Assembly: GCA_038087875.1 (NCBI GenBank)
Contig: CM075991.1
Span: 3,348,001-3,412,000 of the forward strand
Reading direction: 5' to 3'
DNA from: Malacoraja senta
Lineage: Eukaryota
DNA: 64,000 nucleotides
Shown: one piece after another, positions 11,801 to 25,900 of the stretch
How the letters are laid out: the number at the start of each line of letters is the position of its first letter
How positions within the stretch are numbered: the stretch's first letter is position 1
Made by a program: the position numbers and the translations under genes
The notes under the pieces: model-generated
The model's database searches: none
Seen by the model: the letters and a program-made list of their open reading frames with translations, nothing else
Told to the model about the DNA's origin: nothing

Positions 11801-12749
11801 CTCAGAAAATGGCGAGTTTATGAGCTTCCAAGATTTAAATTCAAAGTATGGTCTCGAAAACAAAGATTGTTTTAGATACTTGCAATTAAGAGACTACTTT
11901 ACAAAAGAGATAAGGCCAGAACTAGATGAAACTTCAAATAATGTGATCAAGGTGATTGTGGATGCATACAAACAGAAGGGGTCTCGGGTGATCTCTGCTT
12001 TCTACCAAGCTCTGATGGGAAGCGGTGGAGAATCAATGCTCTACATAAAAACAAAATGGGAAGCAGAATTAAAAATTCAAATAACAGAAGAAGAATGGTA
12101 TCAAATGTGTGAAACACAATGTACATCCACAAGCTCACTAGTATGGAGAGAATTATGCTGGAGGAATCTAACTCGCTTTTTTATAACACCCAAAATAAAA
12201 AGCAGACAACTTGCTGTCCAACAACACTGTTGGAGGCTGTGCGGGAGTACGGAGGCAGACCACTCGCATATTTTCAGGAACTGTGTAAAGATAAGGCCAT
12301 ATTGGGAAAATGTTAATGCAGTTGTTTCAAAATATCTTGGGTTATAAAATCCCAAATACCTGCCCTGTGATGTATCTGGGGCACATTAAAGATATAGTAA
12401 AGATAGAAGATATATATTTGATTAAAGTTTTGCTTGCAACAAGTAAGAAGGCCATTACCAGGCAGTGGCTTAATGAAAAAGGTCCAAAACAGGAACAGTG
12501 GTTAGAAATTGTGCGAGACATCTTTAATATGAGAAGGCAGGTACGGGATACTGAGTTGGATGATCAGCCATGATCATATTGAATGGCGGTGCAGGATCGA
12601 AGGGCCGAATGGCCTACTCCTGCACCTATTTTCTATGTATCTATGTATCTAATATGGAGAAACTGACATATTCCTTGAGAGTCAAGGAGAATTCATTTGA
12701 GAAGATCTGGGGAAAATGGACTGTTTATTTGAGTCATGACATCAATTAG
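8866..12749 (+). pseudogene. Disrupted ORF2 (EN-RT-CCHC) of the older plus-strand L1; 3' UTR runs to an A-tract near 13020
   Basis: MSRNTIKLVSLNVNG start; SRIDY, SDH, DAEKAFD, RQGC, FADD and CWRLC..H motifs spread over several ORFs with stops and frameshifts. Confidence 0.92.
12532..12649 (+). mobile_element. 5'-truncated CR1 3' end inserted in the L1 ORF2
   Basis: CR1 3' UTR with (CTATGTAT)n tail; TAATATG duplicated at 12525-12531 and 12650-12656; removing it restores DIFNMEKLTY. Confidence 0.88.
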
Positions 12750-13059
12750 ATAAATGCCGAATTAGATATGGGAAGATTGTGTTCTATAGAATTAGATGGT
12801 ATGTTTGTGTGAATATTGAAATATCTCCAGATAACGAACCAATGTAACGTTTTTTATAGATTTGGTAAGTGAACCACATGGTCTTATTCCATTTTAAAAA
12901 AAATTATTTACTTCTTTTTTTCCCCTATCTATTTATTTGTTTTATTTTGATTGTTGTTTTTCTTATTTTATTTCATTTATGGTGATGGTGTGCACTGTTT
13001 TGTATATAACTGAAAAAAAAAGTTAAGGGAGCAAACGAAGTTCCAAACTTTACAGCATG

Positions 13060-14644
13060 CTGCCACTAGGAGAATCAAAGCCCAAAGTTTTGATAGCATG
13101 AAACTTCTTCCTCCATGTCCGATCAACTCATGGATATGTTGTAACAATAACGTTGAATTGTGAAAATCCTTCGAGAGAATAATAGGATATTTAGCAATAA
13201 CGTTCATTGTTAGGTTTTGTTTAATTTCCGGATCATTAGCAGAGATTTCAAATCCCAGCTCAGGTTTTGGCCATTCTCTGTCTGGCTTACAGAGAAACTC
13301 TGGTCCATTGATCCATCTCTTATTGCTTAAGAAGCGGTTCGCTGTCAGTCTTCTAGAAGCTTCATCCGCAGAATTGTCTTTTGTGTTAACATATTTCCAT
13401 TGTGAAACATTAGTAGCTCCCAATGCTCTTTCCATTTACAAATTGTCTTTGTCCAAATCCAACTCTCTGGTCTCTTTGGCTCTATCATCTGGTGGAATGC
13501 TTTCCAATATAACACAACTGTTGCTGATCCACTTGGAAAGTGTGAATCCTTCCTTATTGCAAAGGGAAGTCAGATGTTCTATGTGAATTGCTTCCTGCTC
13601 AGTTGACATGGAGTTTAAGCAATCATCCACATAGAAATTATTCTTCAAAGTGGTTATCTCTTCCTCTGGAAAGTGAACTTTATTGTCCTCTGTGGTTTTC
13701 TTTAATGCAAAGTTCGCACAACTTGGTGATGACACTGCTCCAAAGAAATGTACCTTCATCCGGTATTTGACAAGATCTTGTTGTACATCCCCTTCAGGCC
13801 ACCATAAGAATCGCAGGTAGTCAATGTGATTTTCTGATACTTTGACTTGATGAATCATCGCTCAGATATCAGCCATCAAAGCAATTGGTTCTCGTCTGAA
13901 TTTAATGAGAACTCTAATGAGTGAGTTGGTAAGGTCTGGACCTTGCAGTAGTTGACAGTTAAGTGATGTTTCTTTGAAGACTGCGGCACAGACAAAGACC
14001 ACCCTCAAGGTCCCTTTCTTCGAGTGATACACCCCATGGTGCGGAATGTACCATAGCTCTTCATCACTTCGATTCAGTTGGTTTGTTGGTACCATTTCGG
14101 CACAATCATTATCAATCATATCCTTTAGGAAGGACGTATATTCCCCAAGAAATTTCGTATTCTTGCCAAACTTGCGTTTCAAATTCTGGGTGCGTTGCTC
14201 TGCCATACGATGATTATTCGGCAGACTAACACTTTCTTGTTTGAACGGTAAGTCCAGACAATAATGTCCGTCTATCATCTTTACTGAGTAGTTCATAATA
14301 TCTAAGAACTTTAACTCTTCCCTGGACATTTCTTCAGATTCCTTACTGGTACTTTCATTGAAGTCATGATTGTATTGCTTGATCAAAAGCTTTTCTAATT
14401 TACCAGTAGATTATTTGATTAACAGCAGCAGCAGGGCAGTTCTTCTGGTTTCCGCTTTCATTGTTCCTTCTCAAGGAGCCATAGCTAACCCATCCTAGTA
14501 GGGTTTTCACAGCAAATGGTCCATCATCTTGGCTCCTCACAATCTGTATAGGTTCCAATGCCTTCAAAGCATTCGTTCCGATAAGTAGGTCAATATCAGA
14601 ATTTAATTTAGATATTTTGACATCCTTCAAGTAAGGCCATTGTC
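13060..14644 (-). mobile_element. BEL/Pao LTR retrotransposon pol fragment, degenerate and truncated by the gap
   Basis: WYIPHHGV, LRVVF, GPDLTNSL, LRFLWW, FGAVSSP, FYVDD and N(S/P)AD.ASR motifs typical of BEL/Pao RT and RNase H. Confidence 0.9.
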
Positions 14645-14844
14645 NNNNNNNNNNNNNNNNNNNNNNNNNNNNNNNNNNNNNNNNNNNNNNNNNNNNNNNN
14701 NNNNNNNNNNNNNNNNNNNNNNNNNNNNNNNNNNNNNNNNNNNNNNNNNNNNNNNNNNNNNNNNNNNNNNNNNNNNNNNNNNNNNNNNNNNNNNNNNNNN
14801 NNNNNNNNNNNNNNNNNNNNNNNNNNNNNNNNNNNNNNNNNNNN
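14645..14844. other. Assembly gap (200 N)
   Basis: Run of exactly 200 N. Confidence 1.
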
Positions 14845-15321
14845 TTTCAAACCAACCTCTTTTGCATTTTCAAACCAACCACATTTTCAAACTACATTTT
14901 CAAACCACATTAAGGGCCCTCACAGGTCAGTAAAACCACACTAACCACACTAACAGTTTAGTAGACATGTGTACAATGTTAATCACAGCTCAGACTGATA
15001 GTTGTGACCTCTCCCGCCCCCCCCCCCCCAACTTGCAGAGACTGAGGCACGTGCACACTTCCGGTTTTATAGTCCCTCCCCCTCCCACCAGAAGGGGCGT
15101 GGCCTTCATGGCGTGATTGACATGAGAGAGAATCTCAGCATTTTTAAAACATTAATAAGTCTTTTATCTTTCATCGATGGGAAAAATCCTCTTGTCCTGC
15201 GCAGTGGAGGGAGACTGAATAAGATAGCCAAAAATCACAGCCGTAAGTGGTAGTGTTTTTTCTGAAATCAATATGCAATGCAAACTGGCAGTGGTCAAGT
15301 TTAGACTTTTAATTATATAGA
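14845..15321 (-). mobile_element. Possible non-autonomous Helitron 5' end, cut by the gap
   Basis: Minus strand reads A|TCTATATAATTAAAAGTC, resembling Helitron 5'-TC termini; the 3' CTRR end is not visible. Confidence 0.4.
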
Positions 15322-15329
15322 TGAGATCG

Positions 15330-15810
15330 TCACAAAATGCTGGAGTAACTCAGCGGGTCAGGCAGCATCTCTGGAGAGAAGGAATCGGTGATGTTTCGGG
15401 TCAAGACCATTCTTCAGGCTGAGAGTCAGGGGAGTGGGAGGCACAGAGATAAGGAAGTGTGAAAATGAGACATCAAAGAGGACGAAGCTCAAGGAGAATG
15501 TAGAATAAGAGTTCTAAGGGCTCTGAAGAAGGGTTTCGGCCCGAAACGTTACCTATTTCCTTCGCTCCATAGATGCTGCTGCACCCGCTGAGTTTCTCCA
15601 GCATTTTTGTGTACCGTAGAATAGATCATTGTTGCTGGGGAAGGTGACAACGAAGCATACAAAGATAACATTTCATCAGGAGGACAGTCAGACTGGTCGG
15701 AGAACTAGGACGGGGAGGGGATGGAGAGAGAAGGAAAGCAAGGGTTACTTGAAGTTAGAGAAGTCAATATTCATACCGCTGGGGTGTAAGCTGCCCAAGC
15801 AAATACATGA
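15330..15810 (-). mobile_element. Penelope-like element 3' remnant with pLTR; a second, opposite-orientation pLTR piece lies at ~15523-15615
   Basis: Same pLTR and GIY-YIG C-terminal sequence as at 19900-20510. Confidence 0.7.
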
Positions 15811-16679
15811 ATACAAGGTATTCAGTTTTCCAGAGTTCACGGCTCTGATTGTGAGCAGCAATCCACACAGTGATTCAAAGATTAGCTGCTTAATCCTTTA
15901 GCAAAATAGAATAGAATAGAATACTTTATTGAATCATGTGGCAAGTCACAGTGGAATTCTTTGCTTGCATACCTTCCCGAGGTATGCAAATAGTCGCAAC
16001 TAAAGGGCGCTTGCAACGTTACAAATCTCCCCCCCCCCCCACACCAGTTCCCCCTTGTTCTTCCCCCCTCACTCACGGCAGATCCTCTATGCCGGGTCTT
16101 CCATTGCCCATTGTTCTTCACAAGGAGACAATAATCTACTCACATGAGTATACGGTGCGATGTAATTGGACTCGTGTAAACCAGTTCCATTCGTGTTCTC
16201 TCTCAACAATCCTGGCTGGTTGCTATTTCCATCTTGATAAATATCCATTACACATTGGAAAATTATTTCTCCGACTTCTCTCTCAGGCAACACTTTCTAA
16301 ATTATTTCATCTTTCTGTGTGAAAGAGTATCGCTTCTTCACAGCCCTGAGTCTTTTGCCAATGATCTTAAATTTATTTCCTCCGGTTGCATACCTCTCTC
16401 CAACGGGAAACATATCTCCTTAGTTAGTCTATCAAAACCACCACTTTGAATACCAAAGAAATCATTCTTTATTTTCTGCTGCTCAGTGAAGAATCAACCC
16501 AGTTTCCTTTGCCTTTGCACACATTTAAGATTTCATTTCTCCTGTAGTTACCCACTTAATCATTGTTACATTGGTTCCTTCTGCATTGGTTTCAACTTCC
16601 CATCTTGCGTTTGAGTAATAGAACTACAAAGAGGTACAGCATGGAAACAGGCCATTTGGCCCATCTAGTCTGCGCTAAC

Positions 16680-16970
16680 CATTAGACTTTAGACTTTAGA
16701 GATGCAGCGCGGAAACAGGCCCTTCGGCCCACCGAGTCTGTGCCGACCAGTGATCGCCCCATTCACTGACACTATCCTACACACTAGGGACAATTTACAA
16801 ATTGACCGAAACCAATGAACCTACAAACCTGTTGTCTTCGGAGTGCGAAACAGGAGCACCCGGTAAAAACCCACGCGATTACAAACTCCGTACAGACAGA
16901 ACCCATAGTCAGAATCAAACCCGGGTCTCTGGCACAGTTAGGCAGCAACTCTACCTCCGTGCCGCCCCCT
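16680..16970 (-). mobile_element. HE1/V-SINE-type tRNA-derived SINE
   Basis: Matches the full copy at 34442; CR1-like tail. Confidence 0.85.
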
Positions 16971-17739
16971 TTAGCTAACCATTGTACAATAAAACCTATA
17001 TTAATCCCATTTTTTATTCTCGCTTCATTTTCTTCATCTCCTGCCCACAGATTCTACCGCTTAGCAACACGGGTCAATTTACAGCATCCAATTAACATAC
17101 CAGCCTCATCTTTCGATCAATCATTCACTAAAATGTGGACAGAAAGGCATAGATTGGGTGGACAGTGAGCTAGCGGTACAAGGGAAGACAGTCGGACTGG
17201 TATAGATGGGGTAGACACTCAGGTCCCTTTTCCCCAGGGTTGAAATATCAAAGATGAGTGGGCATAGCTTTAAGATGACAGGGACAAAGTATTAAGGAAA
17301 TATGCGGGGCATGTTGTTTACACAGAGGGTGGTGCCTCCAAAGATATGTGCATTGGTGGTTTAATTCACCACTGCAAATTGCCCTTCTTGTGTGGGTGAA
17401 ATCTGAAATGGGTGGATGAAAAAGGGGCGAGAATCAAAATGGGGTTAATGTAAGGTGAGTGTTTGGGTTAATGAATGGGTAGGTGGTTGATGGTCAGTAT
17501 AAATCTGGTGGGCCGAAGGGCCTGCATTACTTTATGGTTATCTATGACTCCACTAAACAATTTTGCATCCTAGTGTTTACCACACATACAATGTCATAGC
17601 TTTGAATGTTGTCCAGCTATGTGACTTCTATCAAATATCCTTTAAATGTGCTGGTTTAAACTGAAGATAGACACAAAATGCTGGATTAACCCAGCGGGGC
17701 AGACACCATCTCTGGAGAGGCCCCAGAGATGCTGCCTGT

Positions 17740-18050
17740 GGATGTTTCCACCTGTGGCAGAGTCTAGGACCAGAGGGCACAGCCTCAGGGTAAAAGGACG
17801 TGCCTTTAGAAAGGAGAAGAGAAAGGATTTCTTTAGCCAGAGGGTGGTGAAACTGTGGAACTCATTGCCACGGATGGCTGTGGAGGCAAGGTCTTGGGGT
17901 ATTTTTAAAGCAGGTTCTTGATTTGTAAGGGTTTCGTGAGAAGGCAGGAGAATGGGGTTGAGAGGGAAAGATAGATCGGACATGATTGAATGGTGGTGTA
18001 GACTCGATGGGCCGAATGGCCTAATTCTGCTCCAATGACTTATGGACTAA
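17740..18050 (+). mobile_element. CR1 3' fragment
   Basis: SRTRGHSLRV..FFSQRVVKLWNSLP C-terminal motif plus 3' UTR. Confidence 0.85.
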
Positions 18051-18839
18051 CAATAAAGTCAGCCACACTGGCTGCATCGTTAATCTTTAGTGAATCACAA
18101 ATCCCCTTTAGCATAGTTATGCCATTTTATATTTATTAATCCATATTTTTCGAAGTGCCAATGAACAACGCCCCAGTTTACTGCCTCCATAAATATACCA
18201 CAAGCAACATTGGCCTGAGTGGCTTATGGCAGCTGCTTTATCACTCGTTCGAACTGTGATATAACATGTGCAATCCTCTGCCAACTCTTCCACACCCAAA
18301 GAGCGTTGGGCCCAACTCTTACTTCCCCAGTCTCGGAACTACAGTCCATCTGGAGCGGGCAACTATTTTGCTTCAAGCATTTCCACCCTTTTAAGTCCAC
18401 CCTCTTTATCTGTTACAAATCATTTTTGCCACTCACTTTCCTTGCAGCTGAACCTGCAAATCTCTCGGTTCTGGAATTGTCATGAAATTAAAGTTGCGGC
18501 CCAACTGAAGTGCCATAAATGTTTGAGCAGAAATGAGTAATTATTCTAGCATTGCTTCCTCCTGCCTGAAGGCATTGAGCACTGGGATGGATTGCAGTCG
18601 CGACCAAGAGTCAATAATTAAATGATGAGACACTGCCCTTTGAAGTCGGCCCAAATTATCAAAGCCTGAAACAATCATTCGATTTATTATTTGACGTGTT
18701 GTCAGGGGGGCATCACAGCAGCTGGGTGCCCACTGGAATCAGGACTGAAATGTACGCACCACCTCAGAAGGTGATACAACCGACCAAGGGCAGCAGAAGT
18801 GGACCCACCCACTGCAAAAGGTGCACTGCGGGGAACTCT

Positions 18840-19155
18840 TATAGTTTAGTTTAGTTTGGAGGTGCAGCATGGAAACAGGCCCTTCGGCCCATCTAGTCCA
18901 CGCCGACCATTGATCGCCTGTCCATGCTAGTTCTGTGGGATCCCCACATTCCCTACATACCAGGGGCAATCTGCAGAGGGCTAGTTAACCTACAGACTCA
19001 CACGTCTTTGGGATGTGGGAGGAAACCGGAGGAAATCCACGCGGCCACAGGGAGAACGTGCACAATCCACGCAGACAGCACCCGTGGTCAGGATCGAACC
19101 CGGGTCCCCGGCGCTGCGAGGCAGCAGTTCTACCAGCTGCCCCATTTTAACGGCC
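18840..19155 (-). mobile_element. HE1-type SINE
   Basis: B box GGTTCGATCC on the minus strand, V-domain, (AAACT)n tail. Confidence 0.85.
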
Positions 19156-19897
19156 ATCTTTGTTGAATTGTTACTGCTGAACTGGCCAGTCGTTTGATGC
19201 AATTAAAGACACAAAGAGCTGGAGTAACTCAGCAGGTCAGGCAGCATCTCTGGAGGACATGGGGAGGTGGCATTCCGGGTCAGGACAAGACCCTTCTTCA
19301 GACCATTGTGATAAAATTGGTGGCTTTCGAAGGTTCATTGGTTTGAAACTTAGTATGGCTGTATGGTAACTCAGATTTCACTGTACCTTTATTGGGGCAC
19401 GTGTGACAATTAAATTGAATCTTGAACCTGAATGAGAGAAGAATAGATGTCCTTTCTCCCGTCAGTAAAATTCTTACCGCGTTAGATTCTGAGAGATTAC
19501 TCTCACTTTGGAGAAATCATAAGGATGGATGATTGTTTCAGGAGATGAGCTGAGATAAGATTTCTTACATTTGGAAGAAATAGGAGCACATGTTGTCCAC
19601 CGAGACTGCTTTGCTCTTCATCTAGACCATGCTAATCTCCTCCCTCAGCCCCATTTTCTGAAGAAGGGTCTTGACCTGAAATGTCACCTATTCCTTTTCT
19701 CCAGAGTTGCTGTCTGACCCGCTTAGTTACTCCAGCTGTTTGTGCCTATCCACCATTTTCATGTATCTCCCCAAATTCCTACTTCAAGTGAAGGATCATG
19801 AACCATGGAATCATTCGTTCTGGTTTTGCGGCTACTAGTTAGGATGCATTAAGACCTAGGCAAGTAGCTCCTTCAACAGCAAGGGATATGGGGAAGA

Positions 19898-20510
19898 TGG
19901 AGTAACTCAGCGGGACAGGCAGCATCTCTGGATAGAAGGGATGGGTGATGTTTCAGGTTGAGACCCTTCTTCAGACTGAATCAGGGGCAAGGGAGATACA
20001 GAGATAAGGAAGTGTAAGGTGTGAAAACGAGACAAAGGGGATGGAGATCAAGGAACATGTAGAATAGATCATTGTTAGCTGGGAGAAGCTGACAACAAAG
20101 CAAACAGAGATAAAAAGTAAATGAGGACAGTCAGACTAGTCAGAGAACTGGGAAGGGGGAGGGGATGGAGAGAGCGGGAAAGAAAGGGTTACTTGAAGTT
20201 AGATAAGTCACATTCATACCGCTGGGTCGTAAGCTGCCCAAGTGAAATATGAGGTGCTGCTCCTCCAATTTGCGCTGGGCCTCACTCAGACAGTGGAAGA
20301 GGCCCAGGACAGAAAGGTCAGTGTGGGAATGGGAGGGGGAGTTAAAGTGTTTAGCAACCGGGAGATCAGGTCGGTTTAGGCGGAGGTGTTCAGCGAAACG
20401 ATCGCCGAGCCTGCGCTTGGTCTCGCTGATACATAGGAGTCCACACCTGGAACAGTGGATACAATAGATGAGGTTGGAGGAGGTGGAAGTGAACCTCTGC
20501 CTCACCTGAA
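19898..20510 (-). mobile_element. Penelope-like element: GIY-YIG endonuclease remnant (ORF 20140..20505) followed by pLTR
   Basis: NLIYCIHCSRCGLL..ETKRRLGDRFAEH..VAKHFN..RKLEEQHLIFHLGSLRPSGMN. Confidence 0.9.
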
Positions 20511-21844
20511 AACACCTGAAGAGGGAGGAATGTGTTGAAGCAGAACATCAGCAGTGATTTAATTGAATGGTGCAACTGTCTACACGGCCTATTCCGGCTT
20601 CTTTTCCCTGTGCCGATATTCCGGCACACATTGGGAAGCCTTGAGCCCATATACTTAGTATAGAAGTTGTGAGGTAGACACAAAATGCTGGAGAAACTCA
20701 GCGGATGAGGCAGCATCTATGGAGAGAAGGAATAGGCGATGTTTTGGGTCGAGACCCTTCTTCAGACAATCAGTGGTGAGATACCAGAGATGAAGGTCAC
20801 TTCGGATGTCAGTACACCCTATCCATGTAGCTTCACCTTTCTATTAACCCATGCAAAAGCCTGATGCAGCTGCAATTCTATTTATAGCGCGAGGCATGTA
20901 ATAATCAAATTCTGGACCAATATTTTTTTAATAACTTTCATAATACAAAATGAACAAGGCACAAGATCCTGCAGAGATGGAATTTAAAATCAGAATCTTA
21001 TGGCTGTAAGGTGGCTGCTATACAAAGCATATTTTTCTTCCTTTGCCATTTGGGATTTATTTTGATGCTATCTTTCACTATCTGAAATATTTGCTTAAAC
21101 AAAATACTCGGCTTACAGATAAGTATCGTAGGAACTGCCAAGAAATTTCCAGACCCCTAGGGTGATTTCAAAAAAAAAAAAAGTAATTGTCTTGCATGGT
21201 TAGAATTTGCAGTTCTGTTTTTCTTGCAAATCCTTTCCTACATATTTTCCATGGTAAACGATAAGCAATAAGAAGCAAGGAAACCGGTCCACATGTCTCA
21301 CGCCCGCATAAATTCTCCATTGTGTCTCTCTACCTGTCTGCCTTTGTCCTTTCGCTTAGCAATTTTTGCCCTCCCCATGTGTTTAACATAGAACATAGAA
21401 CAGTACAGCACAGGAACAGGCCCTTCGGCCCACCGTGTCTGTGCCGACTATGATGCCAAGATAAACAAATCTAATCTCCGGATCACGCCTGCACATGATC
21501 CATATCGCTTCATTCCCAACATATCCATGTGCTTATGCAAAAGCCTCTTAAATGCCTCTATCTTATCTGCCTCCGCCATCCCTCCTAGCAGTTCGTTCCA
21601 GGCACCCTCTGTGTACAACAACCTTGCACTGCGCAACTTTTATGAACTTTGACCCTCTCACATTGACTCCATTCCCCTTTTCAATATTGCCGTTGAATTT
21701 CCTTCCCTCCTGCTATAGGAAGATGTCATTAAGCTGGAAAGGGTGCAGAGATTTACGAGGATGTTGCCAGGGCTGGAGGGGCTGATCTATAGGGAGAGGT
21801 TGGGCAGGCTGGGACTTCATTCCTTGGAGCGTAGGAGGATGAGA

Positions 21845-22508
21845 GGTGAAGAAAGCGAATGGTATGTTAGCTTTCATAGCAAAAGGATTTGAGTATAGGA
21901 GCAGGGAGGTTCTACTGCAGTTGTACAGGGTCTTGGTGAGACCACACCTGGAGTATTGCGTACAGTTTTGGTCTCCAAATCTGAGGAAGGACATTATAGC
22001 CATAGAGGGAGTGCAGAGAAGGTTCACCAGACTGATTCCTGGGATGTCAGGACTTTCATATGAAGAAAGACTGGATAGACTTGGCTTATACTCGCCAGAA
22101 TTTAGGAGATTGAGAGGGGATCTTATAGAAACGTACAAAATTCTTATGGGGTTGGACAGGCTAGATGCAGGAAGATTGTTCCTGATGTTGGGGAAGTCCA
22201 GGACAAGGGGTCACAGCTTAAGGATAAGGGGGAAATCCTTTAAGACCGAGATGAGGAAATACTTTTTCACACAGAGTGGTGAATCTCTGGAACTCTCTGC
22301 CACAGAGGGTAGTTGAGGCCAGTTCATTGGCTATATTTAAGAGGGAGTTAGATGTGGCCCTTGTGGCTAAGGGGATCAGGGGGTATGGAGAGAAGGCAGG
22401 TACGGGATACTGAGTTGGATGATCAGCCATGATCATATTGAATGGCGGTGCAGGCTCGAAGGGCCGAATGGCCTACTCCTGCACCTATTTTCTATGTACC
22501 TATGTATC
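21845..22508 (+). mobile_element. Young CR1 (HER1-like) 3' portion nested in an older CR1
   Basis: [40 protein letters not shown]-type tail. Confidence 0.92.
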
Positions 22509-22950
22509 TGATAGAGGTGTATAAGGTCTTGAGGGGAACGGATAGGGAGAATGTACCCAGTCTTTTACCCAGAGTAGTGGAATCAATACATTTGGACAGG
22601 TACATGGATAGGATAGGTTTAGAGGGGTATGGGCCAAAGGGGGGGGGAGGTTCTACTTGTGTAGATGGGGCACCTTGGTTTGCATGGGCAAGTTGGGCCT
22701 GTTTCTGTGCTGTACATCTTTTTGCCTCTATCACTCTACCCCTTTCATCAGTATATTCCAGATCATGACAGCTCGCTGCTTGAAAATATTCTCCTCTCCA
22801 TTCCATTGCTGATTATTTTAAATCCCCCTCCCCCTCCCCACCCTTGGTATATTTGCCTTCATTAGTCAGAGCATTGAGTGTTTCGGCGACTGCCAGCATC
22901 ATTGACTGACGTATCAGGTCATCGAAAAAGTCGCGGTGTATTGATGACAT

Positions 22951-25900
22951 TGTGGCGGTTCCTGAGGAGAAGGCCACTCCTGGTTCATCCCCCACAGCAC
23001 TTCATGGAGAGGTCCGGGGTGGCTTCCAGCAGGGAAGATAAAAGCAGGGACTTTTGGCGTGAGACCAGTCTTCAGTCTCTCACTGAAGCGGAGAGTAGTG
23101 TGCTGTGCTCATTAAAGCATCTACAGAATTTGCCTGGCTCCTCGCCTGCATTCCTGGCTCTCTCATGCACCCGCTACTCTGGTGACCCTCGACATTTTGT
23201 CGCAAGTCACGATGGACCCGAATGTTCTACAGGACACACAACCCGGTCAACCGCCCTTGCACCTTGTGCCCTGCCGGCCCCGCCGATCTCCACGCCGTTG
23301 CGCTGAAGCTGCCTACCCTGTGGACCGACGAGCCCGAGATCTGGTTTGACCAGGCCGAGGCGCAGTTTGAACTGCGGGACGTGATGGCAGATGCAACGAA
23401 ATACTATTATATTATCAGCGCCCGCGACCAGGCCTCTGCACGACGGGTTAGGCTTTTTCTCCGCTCCCCCTGGAGGCCCTTAAGGCCCTACTCTTACGTA
23501 GGTTAGGCCTCAGCGAGGCCGAACGGGCGACCCAAATCTTGCGGATGACTGGCCTGGGTGACCACAGGCCCTCGGCCCTGCTGGGTGATATGCTGGCCCT
23601 TATGGGCGACCGCAAGCCCTGTTTTCATTTTAAACATGCCTACCTGCAGCAGCTCCCGTCAGACATCCGCCTACAGCTTATCAGCGACCCCTTCACCGAC
23701 ATGCAGTAAGTGGGCGAGCGCGCCAATCAACTTTGGATGGCCCGTCAGCAGGCCCTGGATGCACTGGAGAGCCGCCCGACGTCGCCGGGCAGCGCACAGC
23801 AGGTCGGTGCTTCAATTGACCGCCCTCCGCGGCGGGATCCGGCCACCATTGTGCACCCGGGCGCCGGCACGTCGTCCCAGCATGGCCTGCTGTCGATTCC
23901 TTTGGACGCCACCAGAGGTCGCTGGTGGTCAGATCAACCCGCACCTCCACCTGTTTCTTCAGACGCCAGCAGGGGGAGCTGGTGCTACTATCAATGCCCC
24001 TGGGGGGCTGCAGCTCGTTAGCGTCGGCAGCCATGTACGATCCCGGGAAATGCATGGGCCGGCCGTCAGTGATTGCCTCGGCGGCCGGCCAGATTCATCG
24101 CGTGTTTGCGTGGGATCGCCGCACTGGGGGTCCTTTCCTTGTCGACACCGGGGCAGAAATAAGTGTGCTGCCCCCTTCTCACCGTGCCGGTAAATGCGGT
24201 AGGTATTGTAACATCGCTACATATGGTCCCCAAGGCGGACGGTGGCTGGTGCCCTTGCGGAGACTAATGATTAATGATGCCACCATCGCTGACAGGTACC
24301 GATCCCTCATTTCAAGATTTCAATGCGCACCTGGCCGGGGCAGCGGTGTTCTCCAAGGTCAACCTGGTGCATGGCAATCAAATTCCTGTCCATCCCAACG
24401 ACATGCCCAAGATGGCCATCACAACACCATTTGGCCTTTTTGAATTCCTGTGCATGCCATTCGGGCTTAAGAACACTGCGCAGGCCCTTCAGCGGCCTAT
24501 GGACTGCGTGTGCCGTGGCCTGGACTTTGTGTTTGTTTACCTCGACGACATCTTGGTGGCAAGCCGCTTGCGGCAGGAGCATTGTAGCCATCTCCGCCAG
24601 CTATGCCAGTGGCTCAGCGATCATGGGCTGGCCGTCAATATAGCCAAATGCTGTTTCGGGGTGACGTCCATTGATTTCCTGGGCCTTCACGTAAATCCAC
24701 AGGGTGCGGTGCTGCTCCCGGCCAAGGTAGACGCTGTGCGCCAGTTTGCACCACCAGCCACCGTGAGGAGCCTCCAGGAATTCGTTGGGATGGTGGCCTT
24801 CTACCACCGTTTTTACCGTCCGCGGCCAGGATCGTGCGCCCGCTGTTTCACCCCATGGCGGGCAAACGAAAGGAGGTCGAATGGACTGACGAAGTGGTGG
24901 CTTCGTTCCACCAGGCCAAGGAGGTCCTGGCAACGGGCCACGAAGCTCATGCACCCACGGGCGGATGCACCAATCGGGTTGACGGTCGACGCATCCGAGA
25001 TAGCGGTTGGAGCGGTGCTAGAGCAGCTGATCGATGGCCGTTGGCGGCCTCTGGCCTTCTTCAGCGGCGCACAGCGGTACTACAGTGCCTTCGACCGCGA
25101 GCTCCTCGCCCTTTACCTCAACGTGCGCCACTTCCGTTACTTTTTGGAGGGGTGGACATTTACAACTTACACGGACCATAAGCCCCTCACCGTTGCATTC
25201 GCCAAGGTTTCCAACCCGTGGTCCGCTCGCCAGCAGCGGTAGTTGCCGTTCGTCTCGCAATACACGACCTCTATTCGTTTGATCGAGGGCAAAGACAAGA
25301 GAGTAGCCAACGCCTTGTCTCGACCCGCGGACAACACCATTTTGCAGGTGTCCAACGGCATTGACTACTCAGCCCTGGCTGCTGCCCAGCTGACGGATGA
25401 TGAGATGTCCGTCTATCGTACGGCAGTTTCGGGCCTGCGGTTGGAGGACGTTCCATGTGGCCCCGGGGGTGCGAGGCTGCTGTGCGACGTCTCGACTGGT
25501 CAGCCGCGGCCCATCGTCCCCGTTGCCTGGCGGCGCAGAGTGTTCGAGGTGCTCCACGGGCTGGCCCACCCTCCCGTTCGGGCGATGACGGCCCTCGTGG
25601 CTTCCCGTTTCATGTGGCACGGGTTGCGCAAACAGGTTGGGCATTGGGCGCACACCTGCATCCCGTGACACACTGCCAAGGTACAGCGACATGTGCGGGC
25701 CCCGCTCTAGGAGTTCCGCGACCCATGCCAGCAGTTTGACCATGTCCACGTGGACATCGTGGGGCCGCTGCCGCCTTCTCGGGGATTCACCCACCTCCTG
25801 ACCGTGGTCGACCGTTTCACGGGGTGGCTGGAAGCGGTTCCATTGGCAGACACCTCTGCGGCCACGTGCCCGTGCTTTGGCGGCACACTGGATTGCCCGA

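Noticed and set aside
14608..14933. ORFs made of X residues
   Set aside because: Artefacts of the N gap
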